This document shows positions 20,201-31,200 of a stretch of DNA of 64,000 nucleotides, in pieces (the first letter of the stretch is position 1; each line of letters begins with the position of its first letter). Source of the stretch: Raillietiella orientalis (taxonomy: Eukaryota); assembly GCA_036172245.1 (NCBI GenBank), contig JAYWIR010000063.1:310001-374000 (forward strand), read 5' to 3'. The notes under the pieces are model-generated. The model did not search any database, was not told where the DNA came from, and worked only from the letters and a program-made list of their open reading frames with translations. Both the position numbers and the translations under genes were made by a program.

Positions 20201-22177
20201 GCAGGGTCGCCAACTACGGGTTCACCAAGCTAATCGACTTGCTGGAGTTCCTGCCCCACATCGTCAAGGTAGGCCGCCGGTAGGACTCGGCCAGGTTTTT
20301 CCGGGGAGCCGCAGGTCCTGGGAGAGGGATACAAGCGCATCGTCGTGCTGTCCCACGAGGTCCAGTCGCGGAGGTTCGTCAACGACGTGCTGCGCGTCCT
20401 GAGGAGCCAGCCCAACAAGCAGCTGCACCTCTCCGAGTTCTCTGGCGAGTACGAGAAGCTGATGGACCGCCCGTTCGAGGCTCTGTACTACGGAATGTGC
20501 GACGTCGGCGACCTGCTCATGGAGCTGCCCGAGGCGTGCAACCTGGTAAGGCAGCCATTCCGGTGAGACCACGAGGAGGCGACCGCGACCGCGGTGTGTC
20601 GGGAGCAGTTCGTCAAGCAGCAGCAGGGGGACACCCTGCTGGCGATCCCCGTGAAAAAGCAGTCCGCGAACGAATTCAAGCGGATGAAGACGTTCGCCTC
20701 CGAGGTGCAGGAGCTCCTCTCGCACGCGTCGCACTACCAGCTCATCTTCAACAACTTCATCTCCGCGTACCACCACCACTTCAACAGGCAGTGCTGCGTC
20801 GCGGATTACGGGTTCACGAAGCTGATCGACCTGTTCGAAGCCATCCCGGAGATCGTGCAGGTCAGTTCCCAGGGTCACGCCTTCCCTTTGCCGTCCTTCG
20901 GCACGATCCTTGGCGCAGATCAACAAAGATGACATGGGAGAGAGAATCCTCAGCCTGACGCAGGGGCTGAGGATGAAGACCTTCGGCTCGCAGCTCACCA
21001 AGCTGCTGAAGGAGACGTGCGCGGGCGAAATCAAGGCCGAGAGGCTGCCGGCCATCTTCAAGCAGATCTTCGGGTTCAGCCTGGACGCCTCCCTGTACGG
21101 GGAACCGAGCGTCGAAAGCCTTCTGGAGAAGGTATCCAAGATGAACGACTCGCTCGTCCTGAGGCGGGACGGGACGGTGTCTCTGAACGGGCCTGGCGAC
21201 AGCGACGGCGGTGGCGGCGGCCGTCGCCAAATGTCCTTCTTCGTGAAGCACGCCCTTACGAGCGACCTCGACTTCCGCATGCCCCTGTCCAAGTTCTCCA
21301 AGATGTTCGAGCAGCACCTGCACCAGGAGCTGAACCCCCACGTGCTGCAGCACGACCTGAAGAACGTCGTCCGCGTCGATTTCGACGGTAGAGAGACGTG
21401 GATCACTCTGGCTCCCGTCCACCAGTTCTTCCGCAATCTGGTGCTGCTGCTCCACGAGGCCGGCGACAACGCGTGCTCGCTGTCCAGCCTGAAGAAAAAG
21501 TACGAGCAGAAGTTCGGCACCTCCTGTTGCCCCGCGCAGTTCGGCTACTCCAGCCTCATCTCCCTGCTGGAGGCCTTCCCCGACGTCGTCAGGATACGAG
21601 GGAAGGGTTTCAAGCGCGTGCTGCACCTGAACAAGGACTACCAAGGTGGGGTATCGCCGATCCGCTGACTCTTTAAAAAAAAAAAAAAAAAACCCGCTCG
21701 CGGCGCCCAGGTGCCTTGCGTCCGGCAGACTCCCCGCGTGACTCGCACAGGAAGCAGCCGCAGTTCCACCTCTTGCGCAAAGAGCAGCAGCAGCTCCAAC
21801 GCGGGGTCGCGCCGTTCTCATTTCCGTCCACTCAGTACGCCGGCGCCGAGAGCGGCCCCTCCCGCCGCGACTGGCCGCCGCCGCCGCCGCCGCCGGCCCT
21901 GCTCGCCGCGGAGCCGCTCCACGCGGGGCTGGTCGCGCCACCGCACCCCTCGAGCCTGCCTGCCCCCTTCACCGAGGACTCCTTGCGGCGCCCGCTGTCC
22001 CCGCAGCAGGAGGAGGAGGAGCGACAGCAGCAGCAGCAGCAGAGTGAGTCGGGAGCCCCCCCGGCCCCTCGCCCCACCGGGGTGCCTTTCTTTCCAGGAC
22101 GCCACCGGCTGGCAGCCAGATTCAACGTCTTCTCCCGACAGGGAGTCCTTCTCCAGAAGGACTCTCCCCTCCGCTGA
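14298..22177 (+). CDS. MARF1: MARF1/limkain-b1-like protein: one RRM plus eight LOTUS (OST-HTH) domains; 5' exons tentative
   Basis: [14 protein letters not shown]...[18 protein letters not shown] and LOTUS repeats such as [28 protein letters not shown] and [25 protein letters not shown]-terminal RLAARF motif. Introns: 19026-19106, 19500-19558, 19732-19791, 19974-20032, 20269-20314, 20546-20608, 20861-20918, 21646-21710, probably 22044-22097. Tentative 5' exons: 14295-14304, 15006-about 15136, 18197-18220, 18305-18610, 18660-19025. Confidence refers to the core from about 18930. Confidence 0.9.
15700..16010 (-). mobile_element. Non-LTR retrotransposon RT N-terminal relic
   Basis: Minus frames give [11 protein letters not shown] followed by [18 protein letters not shown], resembling the KAxGxDG and GxxPxxWxxAxVxxIPK motifs. 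Confidence 0.45.
16186..16925 (-). mobile_element. tRNA-headed SINE-like element, copy A
   Basis: B-box-like GCGGGTTCGAATCC on the minus strand near 16870-16882, patchy colinear similarity with 37690-38620, and an A-rich end near 16186-16200. Confidence 0.55.
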
Positions 22178-22209
22178 AAGCGACCCCTGGCTGGCCGCGT
22201 GGCACATCG

Positions 22210-22222
22210 TTTACTGAATAAA
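22210..22222. terminator. Adjacent opposite-strand poly(A) signals: AATAAA (+, 22217-22222) and AGTAAA (-, 22210-22215)
   Basis: TTTACTGAATAAA lies in the 69-bp gap between the convergent MARF1 and DNAI2 stop codons. Confidence 0.6.
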
Positions 22223-22246
22223 AGGTGTTCGGCTCTTGGGCACGGG

Positions 22247-25200
22247 TCACTGGGGGTCCCTGGGCGGCCTCCGGGAGTCTCTCTGCCTCTCCACCTCCCT
22301 CCAGAAGTGCAGCTCCGCTTCCTCGAGGACTCTGCCGAGGTCCCCGGGCTGCTCCGTGGCGCCCTCTTCCGGCCTCTGGCGCTCCTTCAGGCGCATCTCC
22401 CTGAGGCGCGTCTCGATGAGCTTCTCCCTGCGAGACTCCCTCTCGAAGACCTGCACCGGACGCCGGGAGTCGTGGTGACCTCGGACCCAACCCGCCTCTT
22501 ACGCCCGTGAGGATCGCGCGCTCGTTCTTCTCGATGCCGGCCAGGCGCGGCGACAGCTCCGCCAGGGCCACCGTCCCGGCCTCGCTGCCTGCGGCGACCA
22601 TGGCGCCGCTCTCGTGAGCGCGCACGCAACGCAGCGGCTCGTCGCACACCTGCAGGGTCAGCGATGGTGCCTTCTGCTGGTTCACGACGTCCCACAGGTG
22701 CAGGGCGCCCCCCTCGCTGGCAGCGAGGAACGCGCATGGCCTCGTAGGACTCCAGCAGCCGTGCTGCAGCCTGTGGCGCTGGTTCCTGGAAGGAAGGGGG
22801 AGAGTAGGAGAGGTCATCTCGGGAAGGGGCCCGCGGCCCCGACTTTGTCCAGATGATCGCGCTATCCTTGATGTCCTCCGACCAGATCTTCGCGCACCAG
22901 TTGCCCACCGAGAGGAAGTTCTTGGGGAAGGCGGGGTTCCGTTGCAGGGCGTACACAGGGCCCAGGTACGCCCTGTACACGCTCGCTAGCTTCTCCGCGT
23001 GCGTCTTCCCCTTCCGGTTGCAGGAGACCACCAGTCCTGTAGAGCGTTCAGTTCTCGTGGGGCCACCTCCTAGCCCCCCTCACCTGTCTCCGTCCCTATC
23101 ATGAACTTAGTGGGGATGGTGGGCTCGTATTCCAGGACAGACACCCCCAGCGCCTTGTCCAGGAGCGGCTCGCGGTCCTTCGCTAGGTCAACCAGCAGCG
23201 TCTCGATCGGTTGCACCAGCTTCCGGATGTCCCACCACAGGACCTGCCCGTCGGAAGCCCCAGAGAAGCACTCGGTGCCAGACTTCGAGCTCAGCCACAG
23301 CACGCTGTTGACGTGGTCCCGGTGGCTGAACTCCAGGGGCGTGACCTCCGCGGGGGAGCTGCCCTTGCGGGTGTCCCAGCACGCTATCTGGCCGTTGCGG
23401 CATCCTCCAGCCAGAACGTTCTGGTCCTTGGGGTTGTACTCCATGCACACCAGGAAGGAGGGCGGAACCAGAGTGACCTCAGGGGAGTTGGGGTTCTCTG
23501 TCACCCGAAGGACAAAAGCGCGCGATGATCGCCCGCCCCGCGCGGGAGGAGGCCGTTTACCGACGTTCCAAATGTATGAGTGCAGTGGCAGCTCCGGGCT
23601 GACCCTGTCGGAAGTCGTGCAGTAGCAGACGGCTATGTGCGACCCTCCATCCATGCTCCAGCTGATGCTGCTGATCCTCCTCGCGGGTTTCATGGGATCC
23701 CTGAAGATGTTCACGATCTTGGCGTCCGTGACCTCCTCCTGGTCGTCGTCGCACATGAAATACTGCTCATATATGTCGATCGTGTTGTTCTGCTTGATGC
23801 AGTGCTCCATGATCTGAATCACACGTAAGAGCCCTCCGGGGACGTGGGGCGTACGTCTCCGAGGTGCAGTATGGACTGGATGAACGCGTCCTCCTTCTCG
23901 GCCTTCTTGCGGTAGCGCATCATCTGCTCGACCTCCATCACGTTGACGTCTTTGGGCCAACCGCCCTCGGTGTGGTTCATGCCTCGACTTTCCGCTTCCG
24001 CGCTGAAGGTGTTCACCTGTTCGGAGCACGTGCAAGAATTCGCAGGTGAACCGCCGAAAATTCTCTTGCGCCGAAAAGACTCCCCAGCAGCACACGTCAC
24101 GTCATACACACTGCTCGGCAGAGGTGCAGAAGGCACACAAGGCCCTATAACCTCCCGCAGAGGTCACAGAGCGGCAGCAACGCGTTACCGCAGCTCCCTC
24201 CTCCGATCCTTCCAGCCCTGAGTGATTTGCTGCATCCTAGCAGCGCCACCCTCCCTTTCGGAAAAACCCCGCAGCATCCGGACCATGCTTTGCCGTGCAC
24301 GGCATGGCATGGTCCGCCCGGATGGCAGCGCATGGTCCATGTGGTAGGTATCTGTGATTCTCAGCGAGTACCAAGACACGTCCGCGGGTCTGCAAGGCTC
24401 ATGTCATCGAGGCCAGAGTTCCGCTCGCTCAAAAGGTGGCCTTCCTCACCCATGAATGCACATCGTGATGGCTCAAGTTGTCTTCCTTGGGCGATGGGCC
24501 TTGTTCGATCTTTATCGTTTTGCTTACACTGAATTTGATCGCATAGCTGTAAAGCTATCGAGGGAGATGACGCTCGTGCTTTTCTTGTTTGACGAACTGG
24601 GCAGCTGAACAACTTTATGACAGATACGTGATCGTTCCTTAGGATAGCTCTCATGTTCTTGTTGAAGGAAATCCAACGCCAGTTCTGCTGCTGTTTTCCT
24701 TCGAGATGCAACCTCGTGCTACTAAACGTGCTTTCCAAGCTACACCAAGGTGCCTCTTTGATAGATGTGGCACATTGGGGTGGTTTGATAGACGGATAGG
24801 AACTGATATGTTTGTTTATGTTTTGTTTTGTTTCTTTATCCTGGAAAATTATTTGGCAACACTGAGCCCGCACGCATCAACTGAATGTGCTTTGCCTTGA
24901 AAAGTACTGTTCCGCACCACAAAGGCGTACAGATTCGGAGTGACTCTGCGAAGATGAGTGTGTTTGCTTGTAGGAGAAGAAAAAAAAAAACGAAAGGCTT
25001 CAATTCAATGGTTTGAATGAATGTGTGCAAGTGCGCGGTTTTCTACTGAGGGATTCCACTCCTCTTAAAATGCTCTACACTGCAACCTAAGAAACCATAG
25101 GCATGGGACGCATCTTTACTTTTATCTGGTTAGGAGAGAGACTGTTGAAGCAGAAATTGTTCCATGGACTTCTCCCCCATCCCCCTCCCCCAAAAAGAAG

Positions 25201-25542
25201 CACGAAACGATTGTAGCGATTTAGGCTCCGCTTCGAAACCCTTGCAAGGATGCTTTCCTGATGGTACAAAGTTACTTGACCTTTCTCGTACTAATAAACT
25301 CGTGTAAACTTATATTCAAACGATGGACATAAACACAGGAGCTACTAACCGCTGACCTCATGCTCTGACATGTCCCATGTGCACTGAATTCCTCTATGCA
25401 CTGGATTTTTCTCGATAAAATCTTGCATTAATTTTTCATTCGGTTGTATATCAACGATTAATTTTGCAGTGTCATCACTAAAATAACAAGGCCGACCAAA
25501 ATCGCACCTTTTCTTTGTGTACACATATTGAAAGTCAACCAT
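22247..25542 (-). CDS. DNAI2: Axonemal outer-arm dynein intermediate chain 2 (WD40)
   Basis: Seven phase-consistent exons: 25542-25357, 24016-23855, 23813-23561, 23497-23084, 23036-22844, 22785-22503, 22450-22247. Diagnostic peptides: [72 protein letters not shown]. Confidence 0.95.
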
Positions 25543-25610
25543 TTTGCGTACACTAAAGAGCACAACCGAAAACAGTAGCACCGTGCTCCAGTAACACTCT
25601 CCGCTGTGCG

Positions 25611-25624
25611 GTTGCTATGGCGAC
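25611..25624. promoter_or_regulatory. RFX X-box upstream of DNAI2
   Basis: GTTGCTATGGCGAC matches the X-box consensus and lies about 69 nt upstream of the ATG of a ciliary gene. Confidence 0.75.
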
Positions 25625-26939
25625 ATGTGCATCAGTATCAGGATTCGCAAGTCATCCTGAAGGAGCCGTTTGATGATCATAAAGAACAACTGAATAAGCA
25701 AACAACCAAATCTTATGTTTGATCATTAAGTAAGCATAGAAAGTTTCACGCATAAATATACGTGAAACGTTTTATCCTTTTAGCTGCTTGCGCGCTATGA
25801 TTACGTATGCATGATTAGACACGTATGCTTAAAATGCTGCTCTCCAGGGCCACGATGCTCTCAAACTGGTATTTACATCTGCCGAAACGGTTGTTGCTCA
25901 TCTCCACCAAGGTAATTTCCATGAAAGCATTTTTTTTTTTAAAAAAAAATGCTGTTTATTAAAAATTGTAGTAAAATGGTGGACTCCAATTACGAGTGCA
26001 TATTGTATATGCCAAAAAATTAATAAATAAATTAGCGTCATAACAAAAGGATGTTGACATTTCAAGCGAGAAAGCACATTTGTAGGTTGGCATTCGTGAA
26101 ACTGAAGGCATTGCAAATCCATCAATGAGGGACTGAAGCGCTTTATTTTGTTCCCTCCGAATTTCGTTTTACGCGGACCTCCAAACGCGAAACGAAAATC
26201 CGCGAAATGTAAGTGAAGCACTCCTCGTTTCCATTTTTTCTTTTCTAAAAAAGAAAAAATAAAAACAAAAGGAAGCAACGAAAATTGGGATCCCTGAAAG
26301 TGGCATGCTTTGTTTCTCGCTTCGCCCAAGGGACGCGGTTATTTTTAGCTTTCTAGAATGTTTTGTTGTTGTTCCCTGTTTTGTTTTATTTTACAATTCG
26401 ATCCTTCTTCTCGATGATAACGAATTTATATATATATATATATAAAGAAGTTATCATCGTTGTTTTATATATATAACAAATCTGTTCTTACTTAGAATGA
26501 ACTTAGAATAAAAATTCGTTTATTTATAATTCTGAGGCTCATTCAGAAATCGCTTCAGAGGCTGCAGTCGTTTGCGACCTCAGAATTTGAGCAACTAAAT
26601 TTGAGCTTTCGTTTTTCGTTGAATAGGCTTATGGCTCGAGAACTCGCACAATGAGCCTTTCAGAACAAAGCGAAAATATAGGAAAAATACTATTGGCACC
26701 CATGCGTTCATTGCTTCACCTTAGTATGGCAGCGGACACAACTTTTGTCGTGTTTCCTGACGAACATGGAATGGAAAGCACCCAGACAGATTTTGCATTT
26801 TGCAGCGTCCACCAACCATCGTTTTTCATCCGGATTTGCACTTATGGGACATTGATTATGAAAATGAGTTGAAAAGAGTTGAAATTTATGAAAAAGTTTA
26901 CACGTTGTGGCAACCAGACCGAGGTCTTACCACGTCCCA

Positions 26940-27480
26940 TCTAAGGCTTGCCTAGCAGCCGGCATGCATAATGGCGAGGTCTGCCTCGGTAACGCAGTGA
27001 AAGAGGATGGGGACGAGGGCGGGGGGGGGGAGGAACAAAAAGAAAGAAAATAAAGACAAACAAAGGTGTAAGGTTTTCTTGGAGGGAAGGACGGTAAGGG
27101 GTCACTGAGCGCATCCTGGCTTTGTCCAGTATACTGGCAAATTCGTTCCGCATGTTGCCTAGCTAGGGTCATCTCGTGGTGGTCCTCAAGAAGATTCGTG
27201 CCCAGTGGAAGACGTCGTTGCTATCCTGGTCTTTTCTTCCCACGTTCCAGGCTGCCACGATCCCGCGGACACAGCAGAGGACTGCGAGGGGCGCGGGTGG
27301 CGGCAGTGCGGCACGCACGAAAAGGCGTCTTGAAAATGTCCCTGGGGACGCCCACGGGGATTCTAAGGTACGTCGCTAGACGATCCCAAAGTCGTCAGAG
27401 GGAAGCAGAGTCCAACAGCAGGTTCGGTAAGATCTCTTTCTCCCGGCACCGATCACATCTAGCATCCACTCTCCCCCTCA
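26940..27480 (-). mobile_element. L1/Tx1-type LINE 3' fragment (zinc-finger C-terminus plus 3' UTR)
   Basis: Minus translation CDRCREKEILPNLLLDS...LWDRLATYLRIPVG...LAVLCCVRGIVAAW, with stops and a frameshift, followed by a T-rich tract. Confidence 0.7.
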
Positions 27481-27484
27481 AGTG

Positions 27485-28145
27485 GCAGGGATCGGTGCTG
27501 CTGCTGTTGCACGGGGGTCTTCCTTGCAGCGCGCGCCGCCATCACTGGACGTTAGGGAAGGTGGTTCAGAAGTGTACAGTGTGCGGGAAGAAGGATTCCC
27601 CCACCACCACCTGTTAGTGGACTGCGCTGCCCTCCGGCTCTTGTGGGAACGTTTTGCGACGACCCTCCGGATACCGGTCGGCAGCCTCCCCAGAGACGTT
27701 GTACGCCTCCTCTTCGTGAGGGACGCCCTGAAATCAGCCTCAACCCTGGCAGCGCTCTGCTGCCTCCGAGGGATTGTGGCTACGTCGAGCGAAGCCAACA
27801 GAGGAAGCAGCGATAAGGACGCCATCGTACATGCGGGTCGCTACCTGCGAATCGCGATCGGATGGTCTCATCTGGGAGCTATGACGAGGGACCTCGAGGG
27901 CATCCTGGAAAGGATGGTCTCTTCCTCCAGCGGACTGTGATCCCTTCCCGGCCCACCCAAGTGTTTCTTTTTTTTTTTCTTGTTTCCTTTCTTTTTCTTT
28001 TTCCCCCATCCCCCTCCGCTGCCGAGTGTCGAGCCGGCCCACTTATTGGCTTCCTGGCAGGCCCCATCAACTATTGGCCCTAGCGGGGCCCAGTAGCTCA
28101 AATTTACTGTGTTTAGAAATAAACGTCCCGGAGTGACCGGGTGGG
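27485..28145 (+). mobile_element. L1/Tx1-type LINE 3' fragment, same family
   Basis: LLLLHGGLPC..RRHHW...CTVCG...HLLVDCAALRLLW (CCHC zf-RVT-like). Stop at 27940, then a T-rich tract, hairpins and AATAAACGTCCCGGAGTGACCGGGTG. Confidence 0.75.
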
Positions 28146-28499
28146 AACTCCCCCGAATCCAGTGGCGAAGGCATGGGATTGCATGGGATTCCCCAACGCG
28201 TAGACAAGCAGTGCCAACTCCAGTCACTTGAGAGGGTGGGTGCCACTGTTCCAGCGCAATGAGGACCACTGCAGGCAGGTCCTTCGTAGCAGCTCGTCCC
28301 CAGAGTATGAGTCCCTTGGGTGGGGCACCTGAAGTCGCAGCGTCGACGAGTTCCTGTGTTGCCCACGGAACCCGGAAGTTTCTCTTTTGCTGCAGTGCAG
28401 CAGGTCGCTTCCCATCCTAACGGATTGTCATTGTCTCTTTGGGAGGTCAACACTGAATGCAAGGGATTGTAAAGGAACCTCAGAGTGGGTTGCGTCCTG

Positions 28500-28925
28500 C
28501 AGCGTTCACCCCGCCATCGTCAGACACCGCTGGTCGCATCCCCAGCAGCACGTTGCTGCCTACGCAGGGTGGTGTCTTCATGCAGCAACGCCAGAGGAGG
28601 CCACCGCGACAGGGACGCCATCTATTTTCCGGCCCTCTTCATGAAGATGGCCCCATCTGGGAATCTACTTGCCGGCATCCTACAAAGGATGCAGAGGGCG
28701 CCCCTCTGCAGACAGTGATCCCTTCCCGAACCCTCTACATTTTTTTGTATATATTTTTGGGGGTTTTATTTTTTTTCTCTGCTGCGTGGGCGAACCTGGC
28801 CGTCCTGCGCCCGCCGGCTCTCGGCAGGTTCTTCTTAAATTCGTGACGTGACAGGACCACGTGTCCTGTCACAGACTTGCTTGTTCGTTCTGTACAAACA
28901 AACTCCCCGGCGCGACCGGGTGTGA
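28500..28925 (+). mobile_element. L1/Tx1-type LINE 3' fragment, same family
   Basis: Similar to 27730-28145: GGGACGCCATC, GTGATCCCTTCCCG, a T-rich tract and terminal CCCCGGCGCGACCGGGTG. Confidence 0.65.
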
Positions 28926-29949
28926 AGATAGACGCTTGAATAGGGTACTGTCCTGTCTTCAGGAATACTCAGCCAGTTGGGCTGACCAAGGCTTGGGAAA
29001 GAGCGTTTCGGAACAGTACCCGAGTTTGATCCTTCTGCGGTCCAGATCGCACCTCGTCAGCGTGGACCGCCCGCAGGAGACAGAGCCGAGGGCGGTCTTT
29101 CGTCCGAGAGAAGACCGCGCTGGGACTCGAAACACGAACGCAAGACTGCTGAGTCGCTGCTGAGAAGGTGGCCATTTGCGGTCCTCCGGTGTTGCACTTC
29201 CGGCCGACCATTTCCCCCACGCTGAGCGGCAACAAAGAGCCCCGTGACACGCTGCTGACCCGCCCCGGATGCTCCTCCCCCCTCCCCGCCCTGCCGATCG
29301 CCTGCAGCGCGACACTGCAGTGCAACCCGGGCCGCTGCAATCGTGCATGCGCCACGTGGTCACCGTGTACGAACCCAATGGCAGCACTGCGATTCACGCG
29401 ACGTGCACCGAATGCGCGCCGCTGCGTACGATCAAATACAGCGGCACCTCGGTACGCGACGGTGTCCGAACTCGTTAAACTCGGTACTCGTCTCATGCTG
29501 ACGAGAAAAAGTGTTTCGACATTCGGCGCGTGCTCGGAACTCGACATCTCACTCTCATGGTGAACGCTTTCGTCCGGTGGTGGCTCGAGAACAGTGCCGA
29601 ACACCTCCATAGAGTGCCTCCCGAATCGTTCCTTTTTGTATGCGCTTTCTGTACATTTTAAAAGTTAATCATGGGTTCTCAAGTGGTTAAAGATATTTCG
29701 TTCGGTACTCGTCGGTTTCGTCATCCGCCGCGAGTTCCAGAACGAATTGCCGACGGGTACGGAGGTACCACTGCACCTTGCGCAAGCGTGGAACGGTTGG
29801 GTCAAACACCAGCAAGCGCTTTCGGGGATATGCTCGACGCTGCTGCAGCTCGCAGTTTGCGGATCCGCTCGCTGCAATTTGATCCATTCAGTAGAAGATT
29901 ACCGGAGAAGAACAAGAGGCCAGGCAGCACCTGTAACATGCGCGAGCTC

Positions 29950-31200
29950 TTGAAAGCCTCTTCATCGGTTGCGAAAGGTACTTGGGATCCAGAGTTTAGC
30001 ACCGTTTCATCCCTCCCGTAATCTGTTCCTCAGTCTTGGTCGAAGCCTTGGAAACCTTCTCAGAAGGTTCTGCCGATAGCAACACTTCTGGTCGCGGCAA
30101 CCCCGGACTGACTCCGCCTGAGGATCCCCATGGACAGGTGCTGCAAATGTACCTTGGCGTTTTGCTAGGCCACTTCGCTGCCACTGGAGAGTGGTCGGAC
30201 TGCCTTCAAAAGGCCGGGAGGCCTCCTGCTCGGCCCGTTCTGAGATGGCGGGTTCGTCTTGCCGGTGCGGACCGCCGTTTGGAATATCTTGGCCCCCCTC
30301 CTCCGCCCCTTTTTCACTGCTTGCTCGCCGTCCTACTCGGCCAAGCTCCGCTCGCAACGCCTGTTGAGAAACTTTTTGTGTGTGGACCTGAGAGATCCAG
30401 GACTTTCGAACACCCGGCGGCGGCGCAACGTCAGGACGAAGGATTGGACATCCTGAAGCTGGAGAAAGTTCCGCATGCCGGCCCTTTGCGCCGAGCTGTG
30501 GGCTTTTCCGTGGGCTTTTTTTCGTGCTCCTCGTTCTTCGGCGCAGCGGTGGCAGCGAAGAGATGCTCTCTCTGCCGAGCTCCCGGTGCAGGATGCGGGG
30601 ATTTGCTCCCCCCCTCCCGCCGAGGCAACTCGCCGCCTTCCTAGAAGTCCACCCGCGGATCTCCTAACGCTCTGTTGGACTCCGATGTCTGGCGGCAGGA
30701 AGCGGCTGTGTCCCGGGCTGCGTTCCAAGGAACGCACCCGGAGGAACTTCGTCCCCCCCCCCCATCGCTTCCTCAGCCATCCCTTGGGGAAGGTGCTGCA
30801 GGGCCCGAAGAAGTTGAGGACTCTGGTTGCTACATCTCCTGCCGCAGCGCTGCTGCAAGGGACGACAGTTGCCTACCTGCGAGAAGGGAGCATTCCTGCA
30901 GCACTGCAGGAAAGGGAAAGCTTCTGGGAGGCTGGAAGGCGCGAGAACTGGTGGATGCCGCCACCCCGCGGACGCCGGCGAAGGGGCTCCTTCGAACCTT
31001 CCAAGTGCTGCCCGCGAAGAACATGCGGTCCCTCCCTCCCTTGTGTTGGAGCATCTCGGTGTTCCCGACTGAACGGAAGCGCGAGGTGCTGCTGCTTTTG
31101 CATTGGGGGTTCCAGTGCAATCAGCTCCTTCAATTCGTCTCCGGGGAGTTGCGTCCCCGAACTGCCACCTGCTTTGGGGACAGCAGTACCCTTAATGCAC
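29950..31200 (-). mobile_element. Decayed non-LTR ORF2 (endonuclease end to RT)
   Basis: Ordered motif relics: GRDRMFF (RxDR-like), FESPGSLRSTHKKFL (KSPGxDG-like), KIFQTAV, and gtttccaaggct-tcgac, which reads SKAFD with a 1-nt deletion (about 30036-30055). Boundaries are approximate. Confidence 0.45.

Noticed and set aside
20264..21941. Long antisense ORFs (418 and 359 aa)
   Set aside because: Expected shadows of high-GC3 MARF1 codons.
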